Assembly (NCBI GenBank): GCA_043805415.1
Contig: JAZDHZ010000033.1
Coordinates: forward strand, 25,600 to 89,599
Origin: Candidatus Omnitrophota bacterium
GTDB taxonomy: Bacteria > Omnitrophota > Gorgyraeia > B26-G9
Direction of reading: 5' to 3'
DNA: 64,000 nt
Part shown: piece after piece, positions 1 to 8,813 of the stretch
Position numbering within the stretch: position 1 is the stretch's first letter
Layout of the letters: every line of letters begins with the position of its first letter
Notes under the pieces: model-generated
Seen by the model: only the letters and a program-made list of their open reading frames with translations
Database searches by the model: none
Told to the model about the DNA's origin: nothing
Program-made: the position numbers and the translations under genes

Positions 1-53
1 GGAGTTTTTTATTTGTCCAAGACCAGTTGTTTGACCGGCTTATCAATGGCGGT

Positions 54-173
54 CTAGAATCAATCATTTTAGCTCATTCTCGCATTACATCCTGTAATGC
101 TCCGAGGATGAATCTCTGATTTTGCCGGTCCTGTCAAAATCAGGCTTCAAACCCGCTAAAATGATTATTCTAG
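54..173. repeat. Nested palindromic (three-way junction) element, REP-like or structured RNA
   Basis: Outer stem CTAGAATCAATCATTTTAGC (54-73) pairs with GCTAAAATGATTATTCTAG (155-173, one bulge). Inner arm TCATTCTCG/CGAGGATGA encloses GCATTACA-tcc-TGTAATGC (74-111). Second arm CTGATTTTG/CAAAATCAG (116-143). Confidence 0.7.
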
Positions 174-177
174 CCCT

Positions 178-1581
178 TTACAGTTTGAGTTTTCCTATAC
201 GCAGCAGGTATTGTTCAACTTTTTTTGATGAATTTAAGTTATTATTGATAAGATTCCAGCAGTCAGCGTCTTCCATGCATAGATATACCGGAGTTTTCTG
301 GTCATATCCGCGGATCCACTGAAGCATTTTCTCATAAATCTGTTTGCGGATAAATTTAGGATAGCGGAGTTTTTTATCCTCGCCTAAGAATAGTTCCCCA
401 TAAAAAATATTACTTTCAGGAAATCTCAGCTCAGCAGAGTTTTTAAGTTTCCTTGTGCCGCGCAGGCTGCCGATGCTTATCCAGCTAAAAGGAGGTTTGA
501 CTTTAGCATATAATAAATCAATAACTGGTTTATAGAGTTTTTCCCAATCAGCGGAATATATTACCGGATCAAAGTGAAAGCCAAGGGAAAAGCCTTTTTC
601 CTGAACCGCCAAAGCAGCGGCTAATCTTTGCTCAAGATTTGCGGTTAGCAGCTCTTCAGACTTAACAATTGATTCTGGGTTAAGCGACCAGGAAATAACA
701 ATATTACGGCTAGGGTTTAATTTTAAGATATTAGCAATATTATTGCTTTTGGTTTTCAGCTCAAAATACACCGGCTTATCTTGAAAAAACTCAATCAGTT
801 TCTGCGCATAGCCGGTAATATGATCTAAAGCCAGAGAATCGCAGAATTCACCAGTGCCGATTCGGATGGGACGGTTAATTTTTTTATAAAAATCAGCGAA
901 TTTTTCAAAAAAATCATCGAGATTAGCCGGCAGAACAATGCCGGGAAAATTAGTGTATTGCTGGAGAAAACAATATGAGCAATCATATGGACAGCCGAAA
1001 CCAAGATTAAAGATCCAGTAATTACAGCCAATATGGTTTTTGGTGCAGGGGCAGGGTTTTATAAAATCCCATTTTTCCTGGACAATAAAAACAATGGGTT
1101 TCTTTAAATCTTTTAATTGAAATTGATTGCTTTTAACATACTCAAGGGAATTATTTATTTCAGTGATCGGCGTAGTTGGAAATTCTTCAGCAAAGCGTTT
1201 AGCCAGATAACTGTTTTTTGCTTGTTTTTCAATAAAAATCCTTTCCGGAATAAAAACCGAAGATTTAGGATGCGCCTCAGAAAGCGCGGGTTTTAACTCA
1301 GCAAGAAAAATTTTTGCCGGATCAAATTCCTGGTCTTGACTGGTGAGAGGAAAACGCATATTTATCAAGTCGCGTTTAATATTAACGAATTTATTTCTGC
1401 CGCTACTGTTTTCAATAATAAAATCAGTTTTAAGTTTATTAATGATTTGCTGATCATTAATCTTATCCCGGGTTTTAATTTCATGAAACAGCCGCAGAAT
1501 ATCCTTAGTCTGATTAAGATTTAATCTAAAACCAAAGGTTTTTTCAATAGTATGTTTAAACTTATCTTGATTAGTTCGCAT
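178..1581 (-). CDS. Spore photoproduct lyase (SplB)-family radical SAM protein with N-terminal extension
   Basis: GCPYDCSYCFLQ (CxxxCxxC), TGEFCDSL, ELKTKS, SWSLNP, GFHFDP and KLRY motifs typical of SPL-like proteins. Confidence 0.8.
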   Translation of the reverse strand: MRTNQDKFKHTIEKTFGFRLNLNQTKDILRLFHEIKTRDKINDQQIINKLKTDFIIENSSGRNKFVNIKRDLINMRFPLTSQDQEFDPAKIFLAELKPALSEAHPKSSVFIPERIFIEKQAKNSYLAKRFAEEFPTTPITEINNSLEYVKSNQFQLKDLKKPIVFIVQEKWDFIKPCPCTKNHIGCNYWIFNLGFGCPYDCSYCFLQQYTNFPGIVLPANLDDFFEKFADFYKKINRPIRIGTGEFCDSLALDHITGYAQKLIEFFQDKPVYFELKTKSNNIANILKLNPSRNIVISWSLNPESIVKSEELLTANLEQRLAAALAVQEKGFSLGFHFDPVIYSADWEKLYKPVIDLLYAKVKPPFSWISIGSLRGTRKLKNSAELRFPESNIFYGELFLGEDKKLRYPKFIRKQIYEKMLQWIRGYDQKTPVYLCMEDADCWNLINNNLNSSKKVEQYLLRIGKLKL

Positions 1582-1588
1582 GCTTTGT

Positions 1589-2437
1589 TTATTCCTCGTC
1601 CAGTTCGGAATTATAAGAATTGATTAAATCAGTATAGTGCTTAACTTGTTCAAGTTTATTTCTTTTTTTTGCTCCGGTAATATATATAAGGGATTTTTGC
1701 TTGAGCGCTAAGATAGCGGATTTTCTCTGTTCATCAGTTAATAGCGAGTTTTGCAGCAGTTTGTTTATGGCATAGATTCTTAATGTATCCATTGCCGGAT
1801 ATTGGCGGGAAAGCTGATCAGCATGCCCGCCGTGCTTTATGGTCAGGACTTCAGGAATCAGCTTTACAGGATAAATCGCGCAAACTCTTAGCCATAAGTC
1901 ATAATCTTCGCAAGCCGGCATATTTTCATCAAAACAACCAATTTGCTTAAACAAATCTTTTTTAACCACAGAAGTAGACATGCCGATACAGCAAAGCTGT
2001 AAAGCATTGTCAAAAACAAAACCGTCTGGTTTTTGATGGATTTTTTTCTGGTTGAGCAGCTTTTGATTGCGATACCAGATTTCCTCTGTATGGAAGATAT
2101 TAATATCCGGGAAACGGTTTATATATTCTCTGGCGATTTTGAGTTTATCAGGTTTAAAGCAGTCATCTGAATCTAAAAAAGCAATAAACTCGGCTTTGGC
2201 AAAAGATATCCCCAGATTGCGCGCCGAGGAAACCCCCTGATGCGGCTGATGGATATAGACTAAGCGCTTATCAGCAATATTCTTAATCAAAGCAGCGGTA
2301 TTATCAGTGGAGCCGTCATCAATCACAATCAGCTCAAAATCCGGTTCGGTCTGCGTGAGCACAGATTCAATTGCCTGGATTAAGAAGACACAGCGATTAT
2401 AAGTGGGAATAATAACGCTAAAATAAGGATTTTTCAT
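1589..2437 (-). CDS. Glycosyltransferase family 2
   Basis: SVIIPTYNR, DDGSTD, FLDSDD, EDYDLW. Confidence 0.9.
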   Translation of the reverse strand: MKNPYFSVIIPTYNRCVFLIQAIESVLTQTEPDFELIVIDDGSTDNTAALIKNIADKRLVYIHQPHQGVSSARNLGISFAKAEFIAFLDSDDCFKPDKLKIAREYINRFPDINIFHTEEIWYRNQKLLNQKKIHQKPDGFVFDNALQLCCIGMSTSVVKKDLFKQIGCFDENMPACEDYDLWLRVCAIYPVKLIPEVLTIKHGGHADQLSRQYPAMDTLRIYAINKLLQNSLLTDEQRKSAILALKQKSLIYITGAKKRNKLEQVKHYTDLINSYNSELDEE

Positions 2438-2444
2438 GGAACCT

Positions 2445-2453
2445 AGTATAGCA
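2445..2453 (-). promoter_or_regulatory. Extended -10 promoter (TGC-TATACT) 7 nt upstream of the GT2 ATG
   Basis: Minus strand reads TGCTATACT-AGGTTCC-ATG. Confidence 0.5.
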
Positions 2454-2581
2454 AGTTTTGCTTAAAACGTCTAATTGTTTAGATTAAAAATTTATTGGAA
2501 AGCAGGGGAAGCCTGAAAAAGGAAAATAAATAGGTGTCTGTCCCCAGCATAAATAAATAGCTGTAATTATGAGCAGAAATT

Positions 2582-2590
2582 TGATATAAT
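2582..2590 (+). promoter_or_regulatory. Extended -10 promoter for hisH-hisF
   Basis: TGATATAAT about 47 nt upstream of the hisH ATG. Confidence 0.5.
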
Positions 2591-2636
2591 TATCTCCTGA
2601 TATTTTTCGAATAACTCAAAACCATAAGTGAAGATA

Positions 2637-3266
2637 ATGATAGCAATTATTGATTACAAAATGGGTAATGTGCGCAGCGTGGCCAAAGCTTTTGAGTCTC
2701 TTGGGGCAAAAGTGGAAGTAACTGCCAGCAAAACCAAGCTAGCTAAAGCTAATGCCCTTGTTTTGCCTGGGGTAGGGGCATTCTCAGCTGGAATGAAAAA
2801 CCTGAGAAAAATGGAGCTTATTTCGGAAATTAAAAAAGCAGTTGCTCTTGATAAACCATTCTTAGGAATATGCTTGGGACAGCAGCTATTGTTTAGTCAA
2901 AGCTTTGAACACGGCAAGCACAAAGGCCTGGATATTATTTCCGGAGAAGTGGTTATGTTTAAACCCGGGCTTAAGATTCCGCACATGGGGTGGAATACGA
3001 TAATGCAAGACGCAAGACACAAGACACAAGACACAAGCGGATTGTTGAAGGGCGTGCCGAATGGGAGTTATTTTTATTTTGTGCATTCTTATTATGTAAA
3101 ACCAGTAAGTAAAAAGTGTATCATTGCTATCACAGAATACGGCCAGAAATTTGCCAGTATTGTCGGACAAGGTAATACTTTCGGCATTCAGTTCCATCCG
3201 GAAAAGAGTTCGGATATGGGGCTTAAAATTCTCGAGAACTTTTGTCGGATCGCTGGAGAGATATGA
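2637..3266 (+). CDS. hisH: Imidazole glycerol phosphate synthase glutaminase subunit
   Basis: IIDYKMGN, LPGVGAF, GICLGQQ, PHMGWN, YFVHSY, QFHPEKS; alternative GTG start at 2628. Confidence 0.95.
   Translation: MIAIIDYKMGNVRSVAKAFESLGAKVEVTASKTKLAKANALVLPGVGAFSAGMKNLRKMELISEIKKAVALDKPFLGICLGQQLLFSQSFEHGKHKGLDIISGEVVMFKPGLKIPHMGWNTIMQDARHKTQDTSGLLKGVPNGSYFYFVHSYYVKPVSKKCIIAITEYGQKFASIVGQGNTFGIQFHPEKSSDMGLKILENFCRIAGEI
3005..3037 (+). repeat. In-frame heptamer tandem repeat (RCAAGAC) x ~4.7 within hisH
   Basis: gcaagac gcaagac acaagac acaagac acaag, encoding QDARHKTQDTS. Confidence 0.9.
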
Positions 3267-3270
3267 AAAA

Positions 3271-3300
3271 GGGTGTAGGGGATAGGGTTTAGGGATTAGG
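3271..3300 (+). repeat. Heptamer tandem repeat GGGnnTA x4 (matches the G-quadruplex pattern)
   Basis: gggtgta ggggata gggttta gggatta gg. Confidence 0.85.
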
Positions 3301-3336
3301 AAAAACTAAAATTTTAAAAATTTATAATTTATAAAA

Positions 3337-3365
3337 CTTGTGACTTGTGTCCTGTGGCTTGTGAC
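3337..3365 (+). repeat. Heptamer tandem repeat CTTGTGn x4, reverse complement of the hisH tract
   Basis: cttgtga cttgtgt cctgtgg cttgtga c. Confidence 0.85.
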
Positions 3366-3381
3366 GCGAACGGAGAGAGCA

Positions 3382-4167
3382 ATGCTGGCAAAACGTATTA
3401 TTCCCTGTCTGGATGTTAAAGACGGCAGAGTGGTTAAGGGAATTAATTTTCTTAATTTAAAAGATGCCGGAGATCCGGTTGAACAGGCGGCAATGTATAG
3501 CCGTGAGGGAGCGGATGAGGTTGTGTTTTTAGATATTACCGCAAGTTCTGACCATCGTAAAACTATGCTCGATGTGGTTAAAAGAACCGCGGAACAGGTA
3601 TTTATTCCGTTTACAGTTGGCGGCGGTATCCGCAAACTATCAGACATTGAGCTGATTTTACGCAAAGGCGCGGACAAGGTTTCTTTAAACACCGCGGCAG
3701 TTAAAAATCCTCAGCTAATCAAACGGGCCGCGAGAAAATTCGGCAATCAGTGTATCGTAGTCGCTGTGGATGCCAAAAGAAGGCCATTAGCTATGAGCCA
3801 TGAGCTATCAGCTAGCAAGTGGGAAGTCTATATTTACGGCGGTAGAGAACCTACGGGTATTGATGTGATTGAGTGGGTTAAAAAAGTCGAGTCCTTGGGC
3901 GCTGGTGAAATCCTGTTAACCAGTATGGATAAAGACGGCACGCAATCCGGCTATGATCTTGAGTTGACCAGGGCAGTGTGCGAGGCAGTGAATATTCCGG
4001 TTATTGCCTCTGGCGGCGCGGGAACTTTGGAACATTTATATGATGGCTTGTCTAAAGGCAGAGCAGACGCGGTTTTAGCAGCTTCTATATTTCACTATGG
4101 AAAGTACAAGATTCAACAGACCAAAGCGTATTTAGCGCGTAAAGGCTTGCATATGCGCTGTAAATAA
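3382..4167 (+). CDS. hisF: Imidazole glycerol phosphate synthase cyclase subunit
   Basis: [48 protein letters not shown]; GGAG RBS upstream of ATG 3382. Confidence 0.95.
   Translation: MLAKRIIPCLDVKDGRVVKGINFLNLKDAGDPVEQAAMYSREGADEVVFLDITASSDHRKTMLDVVKRTAEQVFIPFTVGGGIRKLSDIELILRKGADKVSLNTAAVKNPQLIKRAARKFGNQCIVVAVDAKRRPLAMSHELSASKWEVYIYGGREPTGIDVIEWVKKVESLGAGEILLTSMDKDGTQSGYDLELTRAVCEAVNIPVIASGGAGTLEHLYDGLSKGRADAVLAASIFHYGKYKIQQTKAYLARKGLHMRCK
3782..3816 (+). repeat. In-frame heptamer tandem repeat (AGCYATG-like) x5 within hisF
   Basis: ggccatt agctatg agccatg agctatc agctagc, encoding [12 protein letters not shown] in the loop between DAK and WEV. Confidence 0.8.
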
Positions 4168-4249
4168 ATGGGGAATTTAAACGGGGCGAAGTGATTATTA
4201 CCTGCCTATAGAGTAACTTCAATAATTTTTTAAGCGATATTTTAGTTTA

Positions 4250-5068
4250 ATGCTAAATAAAAAAACAGAAAAAAAACTAAATAGTCTTAGAAACACACTT
4301 AGCTCTATGCAAAGCGTGGTTGTTGCTTTTTCCGGAGGCATAGACAGTACTTTATTATTAAAAGTCAGCTATGATGTTTTGCATAAAAATGTCTTGGCTG
4401 TTATTGTTTCGTCAGCTTTTTTAACTAAACAAGAACTGGATTTCGCGCTTAAGACAGTTAAAAAAATAGGCTGCGCGTATAAAGTTATAAACCTGGATAT
4501 TCTTAAAAACAGTAAAATCATTAAAAACCCTAAAAACAGATGCTATATATGCAAAAAGCAGATTATGAGCGAATTGCTCAAAATCGCTAAAACCAATAAG
4601 CTTAAGCATGTAATCGAAGGCTCAAACTTTGATGATTTAAGCCAATACAGGCCTGGCAAGCAGGCATTGCAGGAATTAGGAATCAGCTCTCCCTTGGCTG
4701 AGGTGAAGTTTAGAAAGCCGGAAATCAGGCAGGTTTTAAAAACCTGTGACTTTGCTAATTGGGATATTCCTTCATCGAGTTGTTTAGCTACCCGTTTTGC
4801 CTATGGAACAGTTTTGAATAATATTGACCTGGAAGCAGTTGCTTGCGCGGAAGCTCTTATTAAGTCGTTGGGATTTAAACAAGTCAGGGTACGGATGCAT
4901 GAACGTATTGCCAGGATTGAGGTTAGCAAAGATAAAATTAAACAATTAGTTAAAATCCTGGATAAAAAATTAATTATTAAACTTAAAAAATTAGGGTTTA
5001 GCCGTATTTGCATTGATCTTGAGGGATATCGCAGCGGAAGTATGGATAATATTGCAATTAATCCATAA
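4250..5068 (+). CDS. larE: LarE-family PP-loop ATP-dependent sulfur transferase (TIGR00268-like)
   Basis: AFSGGIDS, RCYICK, YRPG, CLATR, VRVR, DLEGYRSGSM. Confidence 0.85.
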   Translation: MLNKKTEKKLNSLRNTLSSMQSVVVAFSGGIDSTLLLKVSYDVLHKNVLAVIVSSAFLTKQELDFALKTVKKIGCAYKVINLDILKNSKIIKNPKNRCYICKKQIMSELLKIAKTNKLKHVIEGSNFDDLSQYRPGKQALQELGISSPLAEVKFRKPEIRQVLKTCDFANWDIPSSSCLATRFAYGTVLNNIDLEAVACAEALIKSLGFKQVRVRMHERIARIEVSKDKIKQLVKILDKKLIIKLKKLGFSRICIDLEGYRSGSMDNIAINP

Positions 5069-5131
5069 ACTTTTATCAAGAAGCTAATTTTAATTTAACT
5101 ATTTTAACTCTAGTATGTTATGGTGATTGGA

Positions 5132-5160
5132 TTGACATATTTATCCGACGGTGGTAAAAT
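5132..5160 (+). promoter_or_regulatory. Sigma70 promoter of the glycan cluster
   Basis: TTGACA (5132-37), 17 bp spacer, TAAAAT (5155-60) preceded by TGn. Confidence 0.75.
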
Positions 5161-5198
5161 GCTTTTTTAGATATAAATCAAGAAAAGAACCATGAATA

Positions 5199-6458
5199 AT
5201 GAAGAAAAAATCATTTATAAAAAATGCCGGCATAATGTTTTTTGCCACAACATTGACTGGCATCTTTAATCTGCTTTACCAGCTATTTATGGTTCGGGCT
5301 CTGAGTCCGGTTGATTTTGGTTTATTAGATAAATTATTGGGATTAACGATAATTACTACTATGCCCACCGGAACTTTACAGGCAGTTGTAATTAAGTTCA
5401 TTGCTAGTTTTAAAGCAGAAAAAAAATATAGCAATATTCGGGCTTTTTTACGTTTATTTTTAAGCAAACTAGTGGTAGTGGGAATGGGGATATTGCTTGT
5501 TTTTGTTATCTTTCGTTCGGCTATTGGTGCTTATTATAAAACTGATAATGATTTGCTAATTATTATTGTTGGAGTCTTATTGTTTGTTTCAACAGTATTT
5601 CCTTTGACCTCAGGGGCTTTGCAAGGGCTGGAGAAATTTAAAAGTTTAGGAACAGCTTCTATCGCGAACAGTTTATTAAGATTTGGTTTAGGAGTATTGC
5701 TGGTTAAATTAGGATTCAGCGTTGGCGGAGCTTTAACAGCGCTTATTATAGCTGGAGTAGTGACTTTTCTTATTGCTTTTATACCTTTACGCAAGTATTT
5801 TTTCTTTAGACCGGATTCCGATGAGCAGGATTTGAATGAAAGCCTTGATTTAAGAGATATTGTTAAGTATTGTTTTCCGGCTTTTATTGCTCTTTTTAGC
5901 TTTGGTTTATTAACTAATATGGATTTGCAGTTAATCAGCCCTTATTTCTCCGTGGAAGACGCGGGATATTTTGCTGTAGCTCGGATGATTGGCAAGATAA
6001 TCCTATATTTGCCGGGAGCTGTGACAATTGTGATGTTTCCGAAAATAGCCGCTGAACACACGCAAAATAAGGATACAACCGGTACGCTTAAAAAAAGCTT
6101 GCTGGTTGTGGGGATAATGTGTTGTGTTGCCGGAGCCATATGTATTATGTTTCCTGATTTTATGCTTAAAGCGCTTGCCGGAGCAGTATATCCGCAATGC
6201 ATTCCTTTGGTTATGCCTTTTGTGATCAGCATGAGTTTTTATGCATTATGTAGTGTATTTTTATATTACTATTTGTCAGTACATAATATGAAATTTATTT
6301 ATATCGCAGGAGTGTTTGTTTTTGTCCAGGCAGGATTAATAAGATTTTTTCATAATAGCTTAATTCAGGTAATGTATATGGTTTGTTTTTGCGCGATTGC
6401 ATTGTTTTTAATTAATGTTTTAGGATTAAAAAAGAGTAAAAAAGCACGCGCAAATTAA
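5199..6458 (+). CDS. Oligosaccharide flippase (Wzx/MOP family)
   Basis: About 12 hydrophobic segments; LQGLEKF and VMFPKI motifs. Confidence 0.8.
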   Translation: MKKKSFIKNAGIMFFATTLTGIFNLLYQLFMVRALSPVDFGLLDKLLGLTIITTMPTGTLQAVVIKFIASFKAEKKYSNIRAFLRLFLSKLVVVGMGILLVFVIFRSAIGAYYKTDNDLLIIIVGVLLFVSTVFPLTSGALQGLEKFKSLGTASIANSLLRFGLGVLLVKLGFSVGGALTALIIAGVVTFLIAFIPLRKYFFFRPDSDEQDLNESLDLRDIVKYCFPAFIALFSFGLLTNMDLQLISPYFSVEDAGYFAVARMIGKIILYLPGAVTIVMFPKIAAEHTQNKDTTGTLKKSLLVVGIMCCVAGAICIMFPDFMLKALAGAVYPQCIPLVMPFVISMSFYALCSVFLYYYLSVHNMKFIYIAGVFVFVQAGLIRFFHNSLIQVMYMVCFCAIALFLINVLGLKKSKKARAN

Positions 6459-6503
6459 AAAAAAGGTTTTTAAACTTTAAGACAGGTTTAGTGAGGGATT
6501 AAG

Positions 6504-7442
6504 ATGAATATTTTAGTTACAGGCGGATCAGGATTTTTAGGATCGCATTTATGTAAGAGGTTTATCCAAGAAGGGCATTCGGTAATATGTTTGGATAATT
6601 TTATTACTGGTAAAAAAGAGAATATTGAGGAACTTTTAGCTGAACCTAAATTCAGCCTAGTTGAACATGATATCTCAAATTCGATTTGTTTTGGCGGAAA
6701 ATTAGATTGGGTGTTTCATTTTGCATCAATTGCCTCACCGGTTTTTTATTTAAAATATCCGATTAAGACATTAAAGTCTGGACTTAATGGAACCCATAAT
6801 TGCTTGGGCATTGCCAAAATGCACAAAGCTAAGTTTTTTCTCGCCTCTACCTCAGAAATATACGGAGACCCCTTAGTTCATCCTCAAAAAGAAGATTATT
6901 GGGGCAATGTTAATTCAATTGGGCCAAGAAGCTGTTATGATGAAAGTAAAAGAGCTGCTGAGGCTTTAACCTATGCTTATATGCGCAGCCATAATCTTGA
7001 TGTGCGAGTAATTAGAATTTTTAATACTTATGGGCCGAATATGCAGTTAGATGACGGCAGAGTGGTTTCTAATTTCATTGTATCAGCGCTTAAAAATATT
7101 GATTTAACTATTTATGGCGATGGAGACCAGACCCGTTCATTTTGTTATGTTGATGATTTAATTGAAGGAATTTGCCGATTAATGAATGTGGAATATAAGC
7201 AGCCGGTGAATTTAGGTAATCCGGGTGAATATAAAATGACGGATTTGGCGGAAATGGTTATTAAAACTCTAGGCTCTAAGTCTAAAATCAAGTTTGAACC
7301 ATTGCCGCAAGATGATCCCAAACGGAGAAAACCAGATATTGAATTAGCAAAAAAGATTTTAAATTGGACTCCTGCGGTACCGGTTGAAGCGGGAATTAAA
7401 AAGACCGCGGAGTATTTTGCCAAGCAAATAAAAGGCAAATAA
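6504..7442 (+). CDS. uxs: UDP-glucuronate decarboxylase (UDP-xylose synthase)
   Basis: GGSGFLG, ASTSEIYGDP, PRSCYDESKR, RIFNTYGP, DDPKRRKPD. Confidence 0.9.
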   Translation: MNILVTGGSGFLGSHLCKRFIQEGHSVICLDNFITGKKENIEELLAEPKFSLVEHDISNSICFGGKLDWVFHFASIASPVFYLKYPIKTLKSGLNGTHNCLGIAKMHKAKFFLASTSEIYGDPLVHPQKEDYWGNVNSIGPRSCYDESKRAAEALTYAYMRSHNLDVRVIRIFNTYGPNMQLDDGRVVSNFIVSALKNIDLTIYGDGDQTRSFCYVDDLIEGICRLMNVEYKQPVNLGNPGEYKMTDLAEMVIKTLGSKSKIKFEPLPQDDPKRRKPDIELAKKILNWTPAVPVEAGIKKTAEYFAKQIKGK

Positions 7443-7473
7443 TTTGATAACCAATCAAAAAAAGGATAGAAAA

Positions 7474-8772
7474 ATGAATATTGCCATTGTGGGAACAGGA
7501 TATGTTGGGCTGGTTTCAGGTACATGTTTCGCGGAACTGGGGAATACAGTTATTTGCGTTGATAATAACGCGAAAAAAATAGAAGATTTAAATAAGGGGA
7601 TTATTCCGATATATGAACCGGGTTTAGAAGAATTAGTGGCGAAAAACCGTAAGAAAAAGCGGCTTTTTTTCACTACGGATATGAAACAAGCTGTAGAAAA
7701 ATCAAAAGTAATTTTTATCGCTGTGGGAACTCCGCCGAAATTGGACGGGGACGCGGATTTAAAATATATTGAACAGGTTTCGCGTGATGTGGCGCGGTAT
7801 ATGAATAATTATAAGGTTGTGGTGGAAAAAAGCACGGTTCCGGTGGAAACCAATAAATGGGTTAAGTATATAATGCGCTTGAATAATCATAAAATTGATT
7901 TTGATGTCGCTTCTAATCCGGAATTTCTCAAAGAAGGCTCAGCCATTGAAGATTTTATGCGTCCGGATAGAATTGTCTTGGGAGTGGAAAGTGAAAAGGC
8001 AAGAAAACTTCTGGTTAAACTGTATGAACCGCTAAAAGCTCCGATTGTGGTTACCAATATCCAGAGCGCGGAAATCATTAAGCACGCTTCAAACTCATTT
8101 CTGGCGACAAAAATCTCATTTATTAATGCTGTGGCAAATATTTGCGAGCAGGTTGGGGCGGATATTGAAAAAGTCGCTGAAGGCATGGGCTTAGATAAAA
8201 GAATCGGCAAAAGCTTTTTAAAAGCCGGAATAGGGTATGGCGGCAGCTGTTTTCCTAAAGATGTGCAGGCGTTTATCCGGATTGCCCAAAATTTAGGCTG
8301 TAATTTTGATATTTTAAAAGAAGTGGAAAATGTTAATGAAAATCAAAGAAAAGTTGTTTTTAAAAAAATACAACAAGCCCTCTGGATTTTAAATGAAAAA
8401 AAGATTGGTGTGCTGGGTATTGCTTTTAAACCAAATACCGATGATCTGCGCAGCGCTCCGGCAATTGATATAATAAACATGCTGCAAGCTGAAGGCGCGC
8501 GGGTAAAGGCCTATGACCCAAAAGCAATGGAGCATGCCAGGGAATTATTGCCGAATGTTGATTTTTGTAAAAATGCTTATGACGCGGTAAAAGGCTGCGA
8601 TGCTTTGGTTATTGTCACGGAATGGCCGGAGTTTAAGGATTTAAGTCTTACAAAAATTAAAAAACTCCTAAAACATCCGATTGTAATTGACGCGAGAAAT
8701 ATGTTTGATCCGAAAAAGATGAAAAAACTGGGGTTTAAATATACGAGCGTTGGGCGACCAGAACAAGCATAA
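7474..8772 (+). CDS. ugd: UDP-glucose 6-dehydrogenase
   Basis: GTGYVG, KSTVP, SNPEFLKEG, GYGGSCFPKD. Confidence 0.92.
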   Translation: MNIAIVGTGYVGLVSGTCFAELGNTVICVDNNAKKIEDLNKGIIPIYEPGLEELVAKNRKKKRLFFTTDMKQAVEKSKVIFIAVGTPPKLDGDADLKYIEQVSRDVARYMNNYKVVVEKSTVPVETNKWVKYIMRLNNHKIDFDVASNPEFLKEGSAIEDFMRPDRIVLGVESEKARKLLVKLYEPLKAPIVVTNIQSAEIIKHASNSFLATKISFINAVANICEQVGADIEKVAEGMGLDKRIGKSFLKAGIGYGGSCFPKDVQAFIRIAQNLGCNFDILKEVENVNENQRKVVFKKIQQALWILNEKKIGVLGIAFKPNTDDLRSAPAIDIINMLQAEGARVKAYDPKAMEHARELLPNVDFCKNAYDAVKGCDALVIVTEWPEFKDLSLTKIKKLLKHPIVIDARNMFDPKKMKKLGFKYTSVGRPEQA

Positions 8773-8813
8773 CTTTAAAAGATTAAAGCATATAATAAAA
8801 ATAGGTAATTAAC

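Noticed and set aside
3340-3381. N-terminal extension of HisF (GTG 3340)
   Set aside because: It is a translation of the repeat tract; the conserved start MLAKR at 3382 has its own RBS.
3838-3845. ops/JUMPStart element (GGCGGTAG)
   Set aside because: It lies inside the hisF coding sequence and lacks the rest of the consensus; none was seen in the cluster leader.
2637-5068. hisH-hisF + PP-loop gene as a WbuXYZ-type sugar amidination module
   Set aside because: HisF and HisH look like housekeeping types, the PP-loop protein has LarE rather than WbuX motifs, and the glycan cluster has its own promoter at 5132.
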